64,000 bases of DNA, from positions 64,001 to 128,000 of the forward strand of contig CAVSPA010000007.1 of the NCBI GenBank assembly GCA_963729715.1, written 5' to 3'. The notes under the pieces are model-generated. The model made no database searches. It saw only the letters and a list, made by a program, of their open reading frames with translations, and was not told the origin of the DNA. The translations under genes and the position numbers were made by a program. This document shows positions 1 to 10,069 of this stretch, piece by piece. How positions within the stretch are numbered: position 1 is the stretch's first letter; each line of letters starts with the position of its first letter. This DNA comes from an uncultured delta proteobacterium. GTDB lineage: Bacteria > Desulfobacterota > Syntrophia > Syntrophales > UBA2185.

Positions 1-35
1 TAATAAATAGGCCATAACCTTCTTCGGACATGATC

Positions 36-560
36 TTAATGTTTCAACTGCATTAGATATTTTGATCTAATCCTGTTGAACATTTCAATGACAGGTTTTT
101 CTCCATAATCCGGGTAGGTCCACGGTAGAGATTGAAAGGACTTCCCCATATAGATCAGGGTCAGATCGGCATAAATGCCATCTCTCAGGTAAGGGCGGTG
201 ACTATAACCCTTGCCGGTCGCCAAAATTAAGTGAGCCTGAGACATATAGCCCGGGTCAATATTAACCCTTCTTTTACCACCATCCAAGGTTTCTTCCTCA
301 ATATCATTTGTACATAACTTCACATCGGGCAATGATTCAGGCCTGATCAATGTATCGAAAAAAATGAACCGTCTTTCCAGGGGTGATCCCATCTCCTGCG
401 CATAGTAGTCGGTGTAATGAAAGGGCATCCGGGCACTGACAAAATCAATATCTCCATAGCGGAGAGATAATGTCTCAAGAACGCTTTTCAGCGAATTGTC
501 GTCTGCATATATGTGGCTCATGAGCAATTTTACCGACTCTGCTGGCCGCGGTTTGCTCAT
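36..560 (-). CDS. DUF4416 family protein
   Basis: 174-aa ORF with F-x-Y-T-x-Y-Y-x-x-E-M-G, R-x-V-N-I-D-P-G-Y, HR-x-YL and W-T-Y-P-D-Y motifs typical of DUF4416; overlaps the rfaE1 stop by 4 nt. Confidence 0.85.
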   Translation of the reverse strand: MSKPRPAESVKLLMSHIYADDNSLKSVLETLSLRYGDIDFVSARMPFHYTDYYAQEMGSPLERRFIFFDTLIRPESLPDVKLCTNDIEEETLDGGKRRVNIDPGYMSQAHLILATGKGYSHRPYLRDGIYADLTLIYMGKSFQSLPWTYPDYGEKPVIEMFNRIRSKYLMQLKH

Positions 561-1555
561 AAGACCTCTTTGAGTTCATCGAGAGAAATAGTGGCTGTTC
601 CGACCTTTCCCACAACAATACCGGCGGCGATATTGGCCAGAGCCGCTGCCTCCCTGAAAGTCGCCCCGGCGGCCACGCAGAGTGCTAATACGCCGATGAC
701 CGTATCCCCGGCGCCGGTGACATCGAAGACTTCCCTCGCCTCAGCCGGAAAGGCCGTATGCATTGTCTTGTCATTGCTTTCAAAGAGATTCATACCTTCT
801 TCACCGCGCGTAACAAGAAGGGCCTTGAAATCAAATTTCTTGAGGAGCGTCTTTCCTATTTTTGCGATGTCATTGCCGCCAACAATATCCATGCCGGCTG
901 CTCGGCCTGCTTCAAGGTGATTGGGCGTAATGATGTCGAAACCTTTATACAGGAAAAAATCATTCTGCTTAGGATCTACACAAACGGGGATGCCTTTCCC
1001 GGATGTGATTCGGCGAATACTATCCAGGAGCTGCCTCGTCACGACTCCCTTATTGTAGTCCGAGATGACCACGGCTCCCAGATCATTGCGAATTTTTTTT
1101 ATGTACTTGGTTATCTTCTCTACACTGCTGGGCCGAATAGGCTTCCTGCTTTCCTGATCAAATCTGACAACCTGCTGACCGTGGGCCACGATTCTGGTTT
1201 TCAATGTAGTGGGACGGTCCGCTTCCACAACAATTCCAGCCGTATCTATCTGCCTGTTACGAAACTCCAGGAGCAGCCTCGTTCCCATATCATCGGCACC
1301 GATAACTCCCGCCCCGTAAACTTCCCCCCCCAGGGAAAAGATATTATTTAATACGTTCGCACATCCCCCCAGCAAAAGCGAGTCCGATTGGATCTCCACG
1401 ACAGGAACAGGGGCCTCCGGTGAAATCCGCGCCACTTTGCCCCATATGAAATGATCGACCATGATATCGCCGACCACCAGAACCCTTGATCTGGGAAAGT
1501 TCTTAATAATTTCGAATGCCCTTTTTTTGCTCAGAATCTTTTTCATAAAAACCAT
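557..1555 (-). CDS. rfaE1: D-glycero-beta-D-manno-heptose-7-phosphate kinase (PfkB family, stand-alone RfaE domain I)
   Basis: VLVVGDIMVD, RISPEAPVPVV, SDYNKG, DPK, TPN and DVTGAGDT motifs; true start may be 1546. Confidence 0.93.
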   Translation of the reverse strand: MVFMKKILSKKRAFEIIKNFPRSRVLVVGDIMVDHFIWGKVARISPEAPVPVVEIQSDSLLLGGCANVLNNIFSLGGEVYGAGVIGADDMGTRLLLEFRNRQIDTAGIVVEADRPTTLKTRIVAHGQQVVRFDQESRKPIRPSSVEKITKYIKKIRNDLGAVVISDYNKGVVTRQLLDSIRRITSGKGIPVCVDPKQNDFFLYKGFDIITPNHLEAGRAAGMDIVGGNDIAKIGKTLLKKFDFKALLVTRGEEGMNLFESNDKTMHTAFPAEAREVFDVTGAGDTVIGVLALCVAAGATFREAAALANIAAGIVVGKVGTATISLDELKEVL

Positions 1556-1778
1556 ACCAATTCTTGAGATGCTCTATTTAAGAATGGAGCAGCAACAATT
1601 ATGCGGCTTTTTCTTGGGGCAGTCATGCTATTATCATGACTATCTTTTGTCAATCCTTTTCTCGGTTCAGTGTTTCCTCCGGAAGGCACGGTATAATCCT
1701 TATTGACTTAGCCTATATTATCAAGTAAAAAAATACCTGCCAATGGTAAAACTTATCGAGGATATTGAGGATTAATCC

Positions 1779-2501
1779 ATGATCCGGGCTTTATTTTTAG
1801 TGACGGTAGGCATAGCGGTCACTGCATTTATGTCCGGTTGTGCAGTTGCCTTTGGGTTTATTACCTCTGATGAAAATATGGTTCACAGGGTGGCAAATAT
1901 CTGGGCCAAGATGCTCCTTGCCGTCGCAAACACCAAGGTTGAGATTATCGGCGCTGAAAACATTTTGATGGGAAAACCACAAATCTTCATGGCGAATCAC
2001 CAAAGTGATTTCGACATACTGATCGTCCTGGCTCACCTGCAAGGCCAGTTCCGCTGGATAGTCAAAAAGGAACTATTCCAGATCCCCGTTTTTGGAAGAG
2101 CGATGCAAAGTGCGGGATATATAGAAATCGACAGAGAAGACCGTGAAAAGGCGATGATGAGCATTGACAAGGCGGCTATGAAGATCAGGGAAGGGAAATC
2201 AGTGATGTCTTTCCCCGAGGGAACAAGAAGCAAGGATGGTAAGATCAAGCCGTTCAAGCATGGCATGTTCTACCTTGCCATAAAGTCGGGCGTTCCTATA
2301 GTGCCTATATCCATCATAGGTGCAGGAGAAATCATGCCGAAGAGGTCCTTACGCATAAAACCCGGAAAAATCACCATGGTCATAGATAAGCCCATAGACG
2401 TCACAGGATATTCCATTGAGAACCGGCAGGAACTGATAGATAAGGTGCAGAATATCATCGTCAAAAATTATGAAGCTCCATCAATTGCACAAGCGGCATG
2501 A
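1779..2501 (+). CDS. plsC: 1-acyl-sn-glycerol-3-phosphate acyltransferase (lysophospholipid acyltransferase family)
   Basis: NHQSDFD (HxxxxD) and FPEGTRS motifs; N-terminal hydrophobic helix; GAGG RBS. Confidence 0.9.
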   Translation: MIRALFLVTVGIAVTAFMSGCAVAFGFITSDENMVHRVANIWAKMLLAVANTKVEIIGAENILMGKPQIFMANHQSDFDILIVLAHLQGQFRWIVKKELFQIPVFGRAMQSAGYIEIDREDREKAMMSIDKAAMKIREGKSVMSFPEGTRSKDGKIKPFKHGMFYLAIKSGVPIVPISIIGAGEIMPKRSLRIKPGKITMVIDKPIDVTGYSIENRQELIDKVQNIIVKNYEAPSIAQAA

Positions 2502-2640
2502 TCTATTAATATCCGGCGGCAATGCTGTTAATCGGGCACGCGGAGTGATATTCTCTCCCTCTACTTGATCTAATAGTAAATGACGCGTGACTGTGCTTTG
2601 GCACTCGTGGGATGCTGCAGTTAATTTATGAGATGAAGAA

Positions 2641-4839
2641 GTGAAATTGGACGACAGAAAATTAAAAGAAATATGGGGTGCGATTTGCCTGGCGAGCGCC
2701 ATTTTCTTGCTTCTGTGTTTAGCCTCCTACCATCCTCTTGATCCGTCGTTCACGCATTTTGTAACCGATAATACGAAGACGCACAACCTCATAGGTTCAG
2801 TGGGATCACATATAGCGGATTCCCTCATCAGGTTACTCGGCATAGGCGCATTTATCATTCCTTTTTTTCTTCTTATAGTCTCATTCAGGTATTTCCTCGA
2901 CGAACCTTTTAAGATCAACCTCGTAGGCATCGCGGGCCTTGGCGGTCTTATCCTTTCCACATCTGCCCTCCTTGCAACAAGCCTGGCAGATGTCCAGGTG
3001 TACGGCGTTAAACTCAGTACAGGAGGTCTGCTGGGAACTGTATCAGCAGAACTGCTGACTAATTACTTCGATCAGGCAGGCACGTATATCATCCTCTTGC
3101 TTGTCCTCATCATATCCCTGATTATCATAGTCAACTTATCCCTGGTTTCTGTGAGCAAGAGGTTTAACGGTATCTTTGTTTTTTTATGGGAAGGATTGAA
3201 AAGATTCACATCCCAAAAAACGGAGATGCTGAAAGAGCGAAGAGCAAGAGCAACCGAAAGAGAAAAAATCCCCAAGACAGTGCCCGTTATCGACGCCGCA
3301 TCGCCGTCTGTAGAAAGGATGAAACGGAAAAGGGCGGAGCAGACCAAGTTTGATTTCATTCAAAAGGAAGGCGCCTTCAAACTGCCGCCGCTGACACTCT
3401 TGGACCAAGTTGAGCGAAAAGATACAAGGATAAAGCGGGAAAGCCTCATCATGAATTCCCGGATCCTCGAAAAGAAGCTTGCCGATTTCGGCGTCGAAGG
3501 GAAAGTGGTGGAAGTCAAACCGGGTCCGCTTATCACCATGTATGAACTGGAGCCCGCACCCGGCGTAAAGATCACCAAGGTCACCAATCTATCCGACGAT
3601 CTCGCTTTAGCGCTGAGGGCGCCCAGCATCAGAATTGTCGCCCCCATTCCCGGAAAAGCGGTGATCGGCATTGAGATTCCCAACCACGAACGGGAGCCGG
3701 TACACCTGAAGGATGTTTTGGATAACGACGCCTTTCTCGAATCCCAATTCAAGCTCCCCATCGCCCTCGGAGAAGATATCATAGGGACCCCGGTAATCAC
3801 CGACCTTACCAGAATGCCTCACCTCCTGATAGCCGGCACGACAGGATCGGGGAAGAGCGTCTCCCTCAATGCCATGATCTGCAGCATCCTGTTCAAGACC
3901 CCTCCTGATGATACCAAGTTCCTCATGATCGACCCGAAGAGACTCGAACTATCTGCATATGAAGGGATACCGCACCTCCTGCACCCGGTCGTCGTCGACC
4001 CCAAGAGAGCCTCACAGGTTCTCAAGTGGGCCGTGGAAGAAATGGAAAAGCGGTACCAGACAATTGTCGAGCTCGGGGTCAAGAACATCGAGGCATATAA
4101 CAAGCTCATAGACAAAAAGCTGAAAGAGAAGACCATCCAGCCGCTCGGCGCCGCTGAAAAAGGGGAACCAGATAGCGAACTGCCGTCCAAATTGCCCTAT
4201 ATCGTGATCATCATCGACGAGCTCGCAGACCTGATGATGGTCGCGCAGAGAAACGTGGAAGAATCACTCGCCAGGCTGGCCCAGATGGCGAGGGCCGCGG
4301 GGATTCATTTGATATTGGCCACTCAGAGACCTTCCGTGGACGTAATTACGGGTGTCATAAAAGCAAACTTCCCCACGAGGATCTCATTTCAGGTGTCGTC
4401 TAAGGTTGACTCGCGGACGATCCTCGATCAGCTCGGCGCCGAAAATCTTTTGGGCTCCGGCGACATGCTCTTTATGCCACCCGGTACTTCGAAATTGACC
4501 CGCATTCACGGGCCATATGTGTCAGACAAAGAGATAGAAAGAATTGTGGAGTTCATAAAAAAACAGGCCAGGCCTTCCTACGACGAAACGATAACGGAAT
4601 ACCGGGCAGATTCATCGGACACAGAAAAATCGGACAGTGAATTTGACGAAAAATATGACGAAGCTGTCGAACTTATCACTGAGTTGGGACAGGCTTCAAT
4701 CTCTCTGGTACAGAGATACCTGAAAGTCGGATACAACCGCGCCGCCCGCATGATCGAACGCATGGAGGCGGAAGGGGTCGTTGGACCCTCCGACGGCGTC
4801 AAACCGAGAAAAGTGCTGGCCAGAAAGATCCCCCGTTGA
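2641..4839 (+). CDS. ftsK: DNA translocase FtsK
   Basis: N-terminal TM domain, Walker A GTTGSGKS, IIIDELADLM, ATQRPSVDV and gamma domain ASISLVQR..VGYNRAAR; GTG start. Confidence 0.97.
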   Translation: MKLDDRKLKEIWGAICLASAIFLLLCLASYHPLDPSFTHFVTDNTKTHNLIGSVGSHIADSLIRLLGIGAFIIPFFLLIVSFRYFLDEPFKINLVGIAGLGGLILSTSALLATSLADVQVYGVKLSTGGLLGTVSAELLTNYFDQAGTYIILLLVLIISLIIIVNLSLVSVSKRFNGIFVFLWEGLKRFTSQKTEMLKERRARATEREKIPKTVPVIDAASPSVERMKRKRAEQTKFDFIQKEGAFKLPPLTLLDQVERKDTRIKRESLIMNSRILEKKLADFGVEGKVVEVKPGPLITMYELEPAPGVKITKVTNLSDDLALALRAPSIRIVAPIPGKAVIGIEIPNHEREPVHLKDVLDNDAFLESQFKLPIALGEDIIGTPVITDLTRMPHLLIAGTTGSGKSVSLNAMICSILFKTPPDDTKFLMIDPKRLELSAYEGIPHLLHPVVVDPKRASQVLKWAVEEMEKRYQTIVELGVKNIEAYNKLIDKKLKEKTIQPLGAAEKGEPDSELPSKLPYIVIIIDELADLMMVAQRNVEESLARLAQMARAAGIHLILATQRPSVDVITGVIKANFPTRISFQVSSKVDSRTILDQLGAENLLGSGDMLFMPPGTSKLTRIHGPYVSDKEIERIVEFIKKQARPSYDETITEYRADSSDTEKSDSEFDEKYDEAVELITELGQASISLVQRYLKVGYNRAARMIERMEAEGVVGPSDGVKPRKVLARKIPR

Positions 4840-6185
4840 AACACAGAAATGTTCACATCATAAGCCTGGGGTGTCCGAAGAATCTGGTCGACTCCGAGGT
4901 CATGGCTGCGCTCCTTGCAAGAGGCGGCTATAGCATGACCCCCCAGGCGGACGCGGCGCATATCATCCTGATCAATACCTGCTCCTTTATTCTTTCCGCA
5001 AAAGAAGAATCCATAGATGAAATCCTCAAGATGGCCGAGTGGAAAAAAAGGCAAAAGAGTGCCTGCACCCATTTGGTCGTTGCAGGATGTCTGCCCCAGC
5101 GATACGGAAAAGGTTTGGAAAAAGAGCTGCCGGAGGTAGACCTTTTCCTGGGGGTCGGGGAAATAGCAAACATCGTCCATCACCTAAACGGTTTGTCTCC
5201 GGCGGAAGTCCCGAGCAGCCGCTCTATCATCGGTAAACCCGACTTCCTGATGAATGCGCAAACTCCACGCTTGATAACTACGCCCTTTTACACCGGCTAC
5301 CTCAAGATCGCCGAAGGCTGCTCCAATCGCTGCTCCTATTGTGTAATTCCGACTATCCGGGGAAAGGCCAGAAGCCGGGAGATGGAAGACATCCTGATAG
5401 AAGCGGAATCCCTTGCTGCGCGCGGGGTAAAAGAGGTTATCATCACTGCCCAGGATACCACCGCCTATGGGCGCGACCTGAAAGGAAAACCGAATCTCGG
5501 CCATCTGCTTAGGGGACTCGCATCCATAAAGGGTATAAGCTGGATAAGGCTTCTGTACGCGCATCCCGCCGGTCTCACCGATGAGATATTTAAAGCCATG
5601 GCTGACTGTGAGAGTATATGCAATTATATAGATACCCCTATCCAGCATATCGACAACGACATCCTGACGGCCATGAAGAGACGCGGCGGCAGCGACCTGA
5701 TCAAGAACACCATCCGGAGGGCGAGGGAGATAGTCCCCGGCGTAGCGCTCCGGACATCCATCATCGTGGGATTTCCGGGAGAGACGCGCACAAAATTCAA
5801 TAAGCTCCTTTCCTTCATCAAGGAGACGCAGTTCGATCACCTGGGTGTTTTCACCTATTCGAAAGAGGAAGGCACAAAAGCCGCGTCCTATCCTTCACGG
5901 ATATCGGAAAGGGAAAAAGATCTGCGGAAACAGAATCTGATGGAAGAGCAGTCGGTTATTTCTTATCAAATCAATCAGACCCTGATCGGTTTGATCCAGG
6001 AGGTCCTCATCGAAGGAAGAAGTGAAATCCCCGATCATCCCTATGTCGGACGGTGCCAAAGGCAGGCTCCGGAAATTGACGGCGTAACTTACGTGAAGGG
6101 AGAAGGTCTTGCTACGGGAAACCTGCTCTTCTGCAAGATCACCGCGACCACTGAATATGATCTTTTCGCAGAAGCGTTAACTTAA
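4836..6185 (+). CDS. rimO: Ribosomal protein S12 methylthiotransferase RimO
   Basis: SLGCPKNLVDSE UPF0004 start, radical SAM CSNRCSYC, C-terminal TRAM with APEIDG; TTG start overlapping the ftsK stop. Confidence 0.95.
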   Translation: MKHRNVHIISLGCPKNLVDSEVMAALLARGGYSMTPQADAAHIILINTCSFILSAKEESIDEILKMAEWKKRQKSACTHLVVAGCLPQRYGKGLEKELPEVDLFLGVGEIANIVHHLNGLSPAEVPSSRSIIGKPDFLMNAQTPRLITTPFYTGYLKIAEGCSNRCSYCVIPTIRGKARSREMEDILIEAESLAARGVKEVIITAQDTTAYGRDLKGKPNLGHLLRGLASIKGISWIRLLYAHPAGLTDEIFKAMADCESICNYIDTPIQHIDNDILTAMKRRGGSDLIKNTIRRAREIVPGVALRTSIIVGFPGETRTKFNKLLSFIKETQFDHLGVFTYSKEEGTKAASYPSRISEREKDLRKQNLMEEQSVISYQINQTLIGLIQEVLIEGRSEIPDHPYVGRCQRQAPEIDGVTYVKGEGLATGNLLFCKITATTEYDLFAEALT

Positions 6186-6263
6186 CATATTTCTTCATCG
6201 TTTCCTTCGCAATGCGCCGATCTATAAAAATCAGCGGTCTTAAGCAATTTTCTGATTTTTTGG

Positions 6264-6292
6264 TTGACAATATGTGCAAAATGACATATGTC
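6264..6292 (+). promoter_or_regulatory. Putative sigma-70 promoter of the hydrogenase operon with an embedded dyad
   Basis: TTGACA (6264-6269), 17 bp, TATGTC (6287-6292); ATATGT-N8-ACATAT dyad at 6270-6289. Confidence 0.45.
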
Positions 6293-6439
6293 GCTTTTGA
6301 CTGTTATGTGGCTCTTTATTTGTGCTTCGCGAGTCCCCACGTTTTTTTGTAAACACCATTTTTTCATTATGTCTTCTAAATCTCAAAAGCAGGCATAAGT
6401 CTTTTGAGAAAAATACGCACGATGTTGAAAGGAGGTAAC

Positions 6440-7627
6440 ATGAAAGGCTCCGATGATTACAGTAAAGCTGTAAGCAATCATTATAAACAACTGATGGAGT
6501 ACTGTAAAATCAATCAGGAACGTTTGGACAGGGAGCTGCCACCGCCACGGGAAGACTTAAGGGAACTCTTGGCGGAGCGCGGCGTGAGCAGGAGGGATTT
6601 CATCAAATGGACTTCTATCATGACTTCCGCATTGATGCTGCCTCCTATGTTCCGTCCCGCAGTGGCCACGGCGGCGGAAAATTTCAGTCGCCTCCCCATT
6701 GCGTGGCTCCACTTCGCCGAATGCACGGGCTGCAGCGAGGCCTTCCTCCGCACCTCATACCCGAATGTCGCCGACATAGTGTTGGAAACCATATCTCTCG
6801 AATACCATGAGACGGTGATGGCAGCCGCGGGCAACCAGGCCGAACAGAACCTGGAAAAATGCATGAAAGATTTCAAGAAGAAGTTTGTCTGTGTCATCGA
6901 AGGGGCGCTACCGAGGGGGCTCAATGGACAATATCTGAGACTGGGTCCGAAGGGCAAAACGGGCATCCAAATAGCCAAAGAGGTAACCCGCAGCGCAGCG
7001 GCGACGGTTTGTATCGGCGCCTGTGCCTGCTACGGAAATATTCAGGCTGCAAGGCCCAATCCCACGGATTCCGCGGGCATCAGCAAGGTCCTTGGCATCT
7101 CTACCGTAAATATCGCCGGCTGCCCGCCGAATGCCGTTAATTTTGTTGGGACACTTCTTCACTATCTCATGTTTGGCGGCATGCCTCCCCTTGATTCCAT
7201 AGGAAGACCAATCTGGGCTTACGGACAGAGAATCCATGATGTCTGCGAACGCAGGTCTCACTACGACGCCGGAGAGTTCGTGGAAGAGTGGGGTGATGAT
7301 GGAGCGAAAAAAGGCTGGTGCTTGTACAACCAAGGATGCAAAGGCCCTTACACCTTTGCAAATTGCGGCAAAGTGCGTTTCAACGATGGCGTCTCCTGGC
7401 CTGTCATGGCCGGTCATGGTTGCATAGGCTGCACGGAACCCGGATTCTGGGATACCATGGCCCCGCTCGAAAAACCTATCCAAGAAGCTTCCATCGGAGG
7501 CGGGGAACGTACCGCCGACAATATCGGTCTGGTGTTAACCGGCCTGGCCGCGGCGGGTGTCGCAGCACATGCGGTTGCCAGTGCAATCCGTCACAAGGGA
7601 AAAGATGAGGAGGAGAAACATGACTAA
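6440..7627 (+). CDS. hydA: [NiFe] uptake hydrogenase small subunit (Tat-exported, C-terminal membrane anchor)
   Basis: GGAGG RBS before ATG 6440; Tat motif SRRDFIK; ECTGCSE, GCPP, HDVCERR, GCKGP and GHGCIGC Fe-S motifs; hydrophobic C-terminal anchor containing His. Confidence 0.95.
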   Translation: MKGSDDYSKAVSNHYKQLMEYCKINQERLDRELPPPREDLRELLAERGVSRRDFIKWTSIMTSALMLPPMFRPAVATAAENFSRLPIAWLHFAECTGCSEAFLRTSYPNVADIVLETISLEYHETVMAAAGNQAEQNLEKCMKDFKKKFVCVIEGALPRGLNGQYLRLGPKGKTGIQIAKEVTRSAAATVCIGACACYGNIQAARPNPTDSAGISKVLGISTVNIAGCPPNAVNFVGTLLHYLMFGGMPPLDSIGRPIWAYGQRIHDVCERRSHYDAGEFVEEWGDDGAKKGWCLYNQGCKGPYTFANCGKVRFNDGVSWPVMAGHGCIGCTEPGFWDTMAPLEKPIQEASIGGGERTADNIGLVLTGLAAAGVAAHAVASAIRHKGKDEEEKHD

Positions 7628-9296
7628 GAGAATCATTGTAGATCCCATCACCAGGATTGAAGGACATTTGAGAATAGAGTGCGAAGTAGATGACGGTAAC
7701 GTAATCAGGGACGCCTGGAGCACCATTACCCTGTGGCGCGGCATCGAGACAATACTTAAAGGACGGGACCCCCGGGATGCGGGACTTATTGTTCAGAGAT
7801 TCTGTGGAGTCTGCACCTATGTCCATTATGAGGCAAGCACCATGGCCTGCGAAGATGCATTCGGCATCAAGCCGCCCCCCAATGCCCGGATTATCAGAAA
7901 TTTAATTCAAGGATGCTGGTTTCTCGGCGATCACATCATGCATTTCTATCATCTGCATGGACTCGACTGGGTAGACATTGTGAGCGCCCTTTCCGCAGAC
8001 CCGAAGAAAGCGGTCGAGCTCGCCAAGAGCTACTGTCCCGATCCCTACAACTGCTCGGAAACGCATTACAAGGCCGTTCAGCAGAGACTTACAAAGTTTG
8101 TGAAATCGGGCCGCCTCGGACCTTTTGCGAACGCATACTGGGGAAATCCTTCCTACAAGCTTCCACCGGAGGCTAACCTGGTCATTGTCTCTCACTATCT
8201 GGATGCCCTTCAGGTATCCAAAGTAGCGGCACAGATGCAGACCATCTTCGGCGGAAAGAACCCCCATCCCCAATCCCTGGTGGTTGGTGGCGTGACATGC
8301 GTTATGGATGCTCTGGATGCGAACCGCCTCGGCCAGTATCTTTTCCGTCTGAAGGAATTGCAGAACTTCATTGAGACTGCCTACCTCCCCGACGTACTGC
8401 TCGCAGCGGCCTATTACAAAGGCGAAGGCGCGGCCGGAATCGGAGGAGGCGTGAAGAATTATTTGAGCTACGGCGGTTTCCCTCTTGACGACGATATGAA
8501 TACCTTCCTCTTCCCCAGGGGAGTCGTAAAGAACAGAGACATTGCAAAGCCCCTGAAGCTCGACGAGGAGAAGATAACGGAAGAAGTAACCCATGCCTGG
8601 TATAAGGGCACGGAGCCCCAACATCCCTTTAAGGGAACGACAGATCCGGACTATACAGGCTACGATGCCAACGGCAATGTTAAGGGAGGTGAAAAATATT
8701 CTTGGTGCAAGGCGCCAAGATATGACGGGCAGCCCCATGAAGTAGGCCCCCTTGCGCGCATGCTTGTCGGTTATGCCGTGGGGAACGAGAAAATCAAAGC
8801 CCTCGTTGATTCAACGCTCAAGGCAACGGGCATCCCCGTGTCGGCCCTCTTCTCCACCCTCGGAAGGACAGCGGCACGCTGCATAGAAACCAAATATGTA
8901 GCCGACCACATCGAGGGATGGGTCGGTGAACTCATCGCCAATATCAAGAAGGGGGATACACGGACCTGGACGCGTTGCGATGTCCCGAGCAAGCCTGCAC
9001 AGGGTCGCGGCATGACGGAACCGCCGAGAGGAGCGCTAGGCCACTGGATAAGAATTGAGAACAAGGTGATTGCAAATTATCAGGCCGTAGTCCCCTCCAC
9101 ATGGAATTGTTCCCCGAGGGACAAGGCGGGGAAACGAGGCCCCTATGAGGAATCACTCATTGGGACGAAACTCGCCAAAGTGGACCAGCCTCTCGAGATC
9201 CTGAGAACCATTCATTCCTTTGATCCCTGTATGGCCTGCGCGGTTCACATTGTCGATCCCAAGACCAATGAAATCAGGAAATTCAGGGTCGCCTAA
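7620..9296 (+). CDS. hydB: [NiFe] hydrogenase large subunit (group 1)
   Basis: GAGGAG RBS; DPITRIEGH, L1 motif RFCGVC, L2 motif DPCMACAVH followed by a cleavable C-terminal extension. Confidence 0.97.
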   Translation: MTKRIIVDPITRIEGHLRIECEVDDGNVIRDAWSTITLWRGIETILKGRDPRDAGLIVQRFCGVCTYVHYEASTMACEDAFGIKPPPNARIIRNLIQGCWFLGDHIMHFYHLHGLDWVDIVSALSADPKKAVELAKSYCPDPYNCSETHYKAVQQRLTKFVKSGRLGPFANAYWGNPSYKLPPEANLVIVSHYLDALQVSKVAAQMQTIFGGKNPHPQSLVVGGVTCVMDALDANRLGQYLFRLKELQNFIETAYLPDVLLAAAYYKGEGAAGIGGGVKNYLSYGGFPLDDDMNTFLFPRGVVKNRDIAKPLKLDEEKITEEVTHAWYKGTEPQHPFKGTTDPDYTGYDANGNVKGGEKYSWCKAPRYDGQPHEVGPLARMLVGYAVGNEKIKALVDSTLKATGIPVSALFSTLGRTAARCIETKYVADHIEGWVGELIANIKKGDTRTWTRCDVPSKPAQGRGMTEPPRGALGHWIRIENKVIANYQAVVPSTWNCSPRDKAGKRGPYEESLIGTKLAKVDQPLEILRTIHSFDPCMACAVHIVDPKTNEIRKFRVA

Positions 9297-9314
9297 AGGA
9301 AAGGGAGGACAACC

Positions 9315-9983
9315 ATGGAAATAAAACCTGTAAAAGAATGGTCTGCGGCAATCATGATCAACCATTGGGCCATGGCGTTATCCGTATTTGTCTTAATTGC
9401 AACAGGGTTTTATATCGCCGATCCCTGTACAATTTATCAAGGAGAGACAGTAGATAAGTTCTTCGTAGGAAATGTGAGATACGTGCACATCCTCTTCGGG
9501 ATATTCCTCATGTTCATTTTCATATGGAGGTTGTATCTCGCTTTCTTCTCGAGGTTTAATGCGGACTGGAAGGATTTCTTCGCATGGCTGGATTTCGAAT
9601 GCACATGGAAACAGATCAAATTCTATCTGCTCATCGAGAAGGAACCGCCGTCACATGAAGACTGCACCTATGGACCCATGCAATCCCTTGCGTATAGCGG
9701 TCTTTTTTTCATGATCTTCGTCATTCTCGTGACCGGTCTGATCCTCATGGGGGCGGGTTACCATGCTGGGTTGACCGCCTTCCTGTACAAGATCTTCAAG
9801 CCGGTGGAGAATATGCTGGGAGGCTTGGCGATGGTCCGCTACGTTCACCACATCTTCACGTGGCTTTTCATTCTCTTTATCATCGTGCATGTGTATATGG
9901 CATTCTGGTATGACGCCATATTGAAGGAAGGGACCGTATCTTCCATGATCAGCGGGGTGCTCTTCGAAAAAGAAGGGAAATAA
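9315..9983 (+). CDS. hydC: [NiFe] hydrogenase cytochrome b subunit
   Basis: Four TM helices with heme His motifs NHW, RYVH, RYVHH and VHVY; follows the large subunit. Confidence 0.93.
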   Translation: MEIKPVKEWSAAIMINHWAMALSVFVLIATGFYIADPCTIYQGETVDKFFVGNVRYVHILFGIFLMFIFIWRLYLAFFSRFNADWKDFFAWLDFECTWKQIKFYLLIEKEPPSHEDCTYGPMQSLAYSGLFFMIFVILVTGLILMGAGYHAGLTAFLYKIFKPVENMLGGLAMVRYVHHIFTWLFILFIIVHVYMAFWYDAILKEGTVSSMISGVLFEKEGK

Positions 9984-10018
9984 GATATTCTCTTTTGCTT
10001 GACAGAAATTGATTCTTG

Positions 10019-10051
10019 AATGGGGGAGAAATGGGTATCATCTCCCCCATT
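10019..10051 (+). other. Intergenic stem-loop between hydC and the maturation genes
   Basis: AATGGGGGAGA (10019-10029) and TCTCCCCCATT (10041-10051) form a perfect 11-bp inverted repeat; no U-tract. Confidence 0.55.
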
Positions 10052-10069
10052 GTCATTTCTACCGCTCAT

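Noticed and set aside
1..31. Possible 5' end of a minus-strand gene (MSEEGYGLFI...) downstream of DUF4416
   Set aside because: Only 10 codons are visible; too little to support a CDS call or product.
7902..8738. 278-aa antisense ORF inside the hydrogenase large subunit
   Set aside because: Shadow ORF on the opposite strand of a conserved gene, with no recognisable motifs.
7620..9296. Selenocysteine-containing [NiFeSe] hydrogenase
   Set aside because: The L2 motif is DPCMAC with ordinary Cys codons and there is no in-frame TGA.
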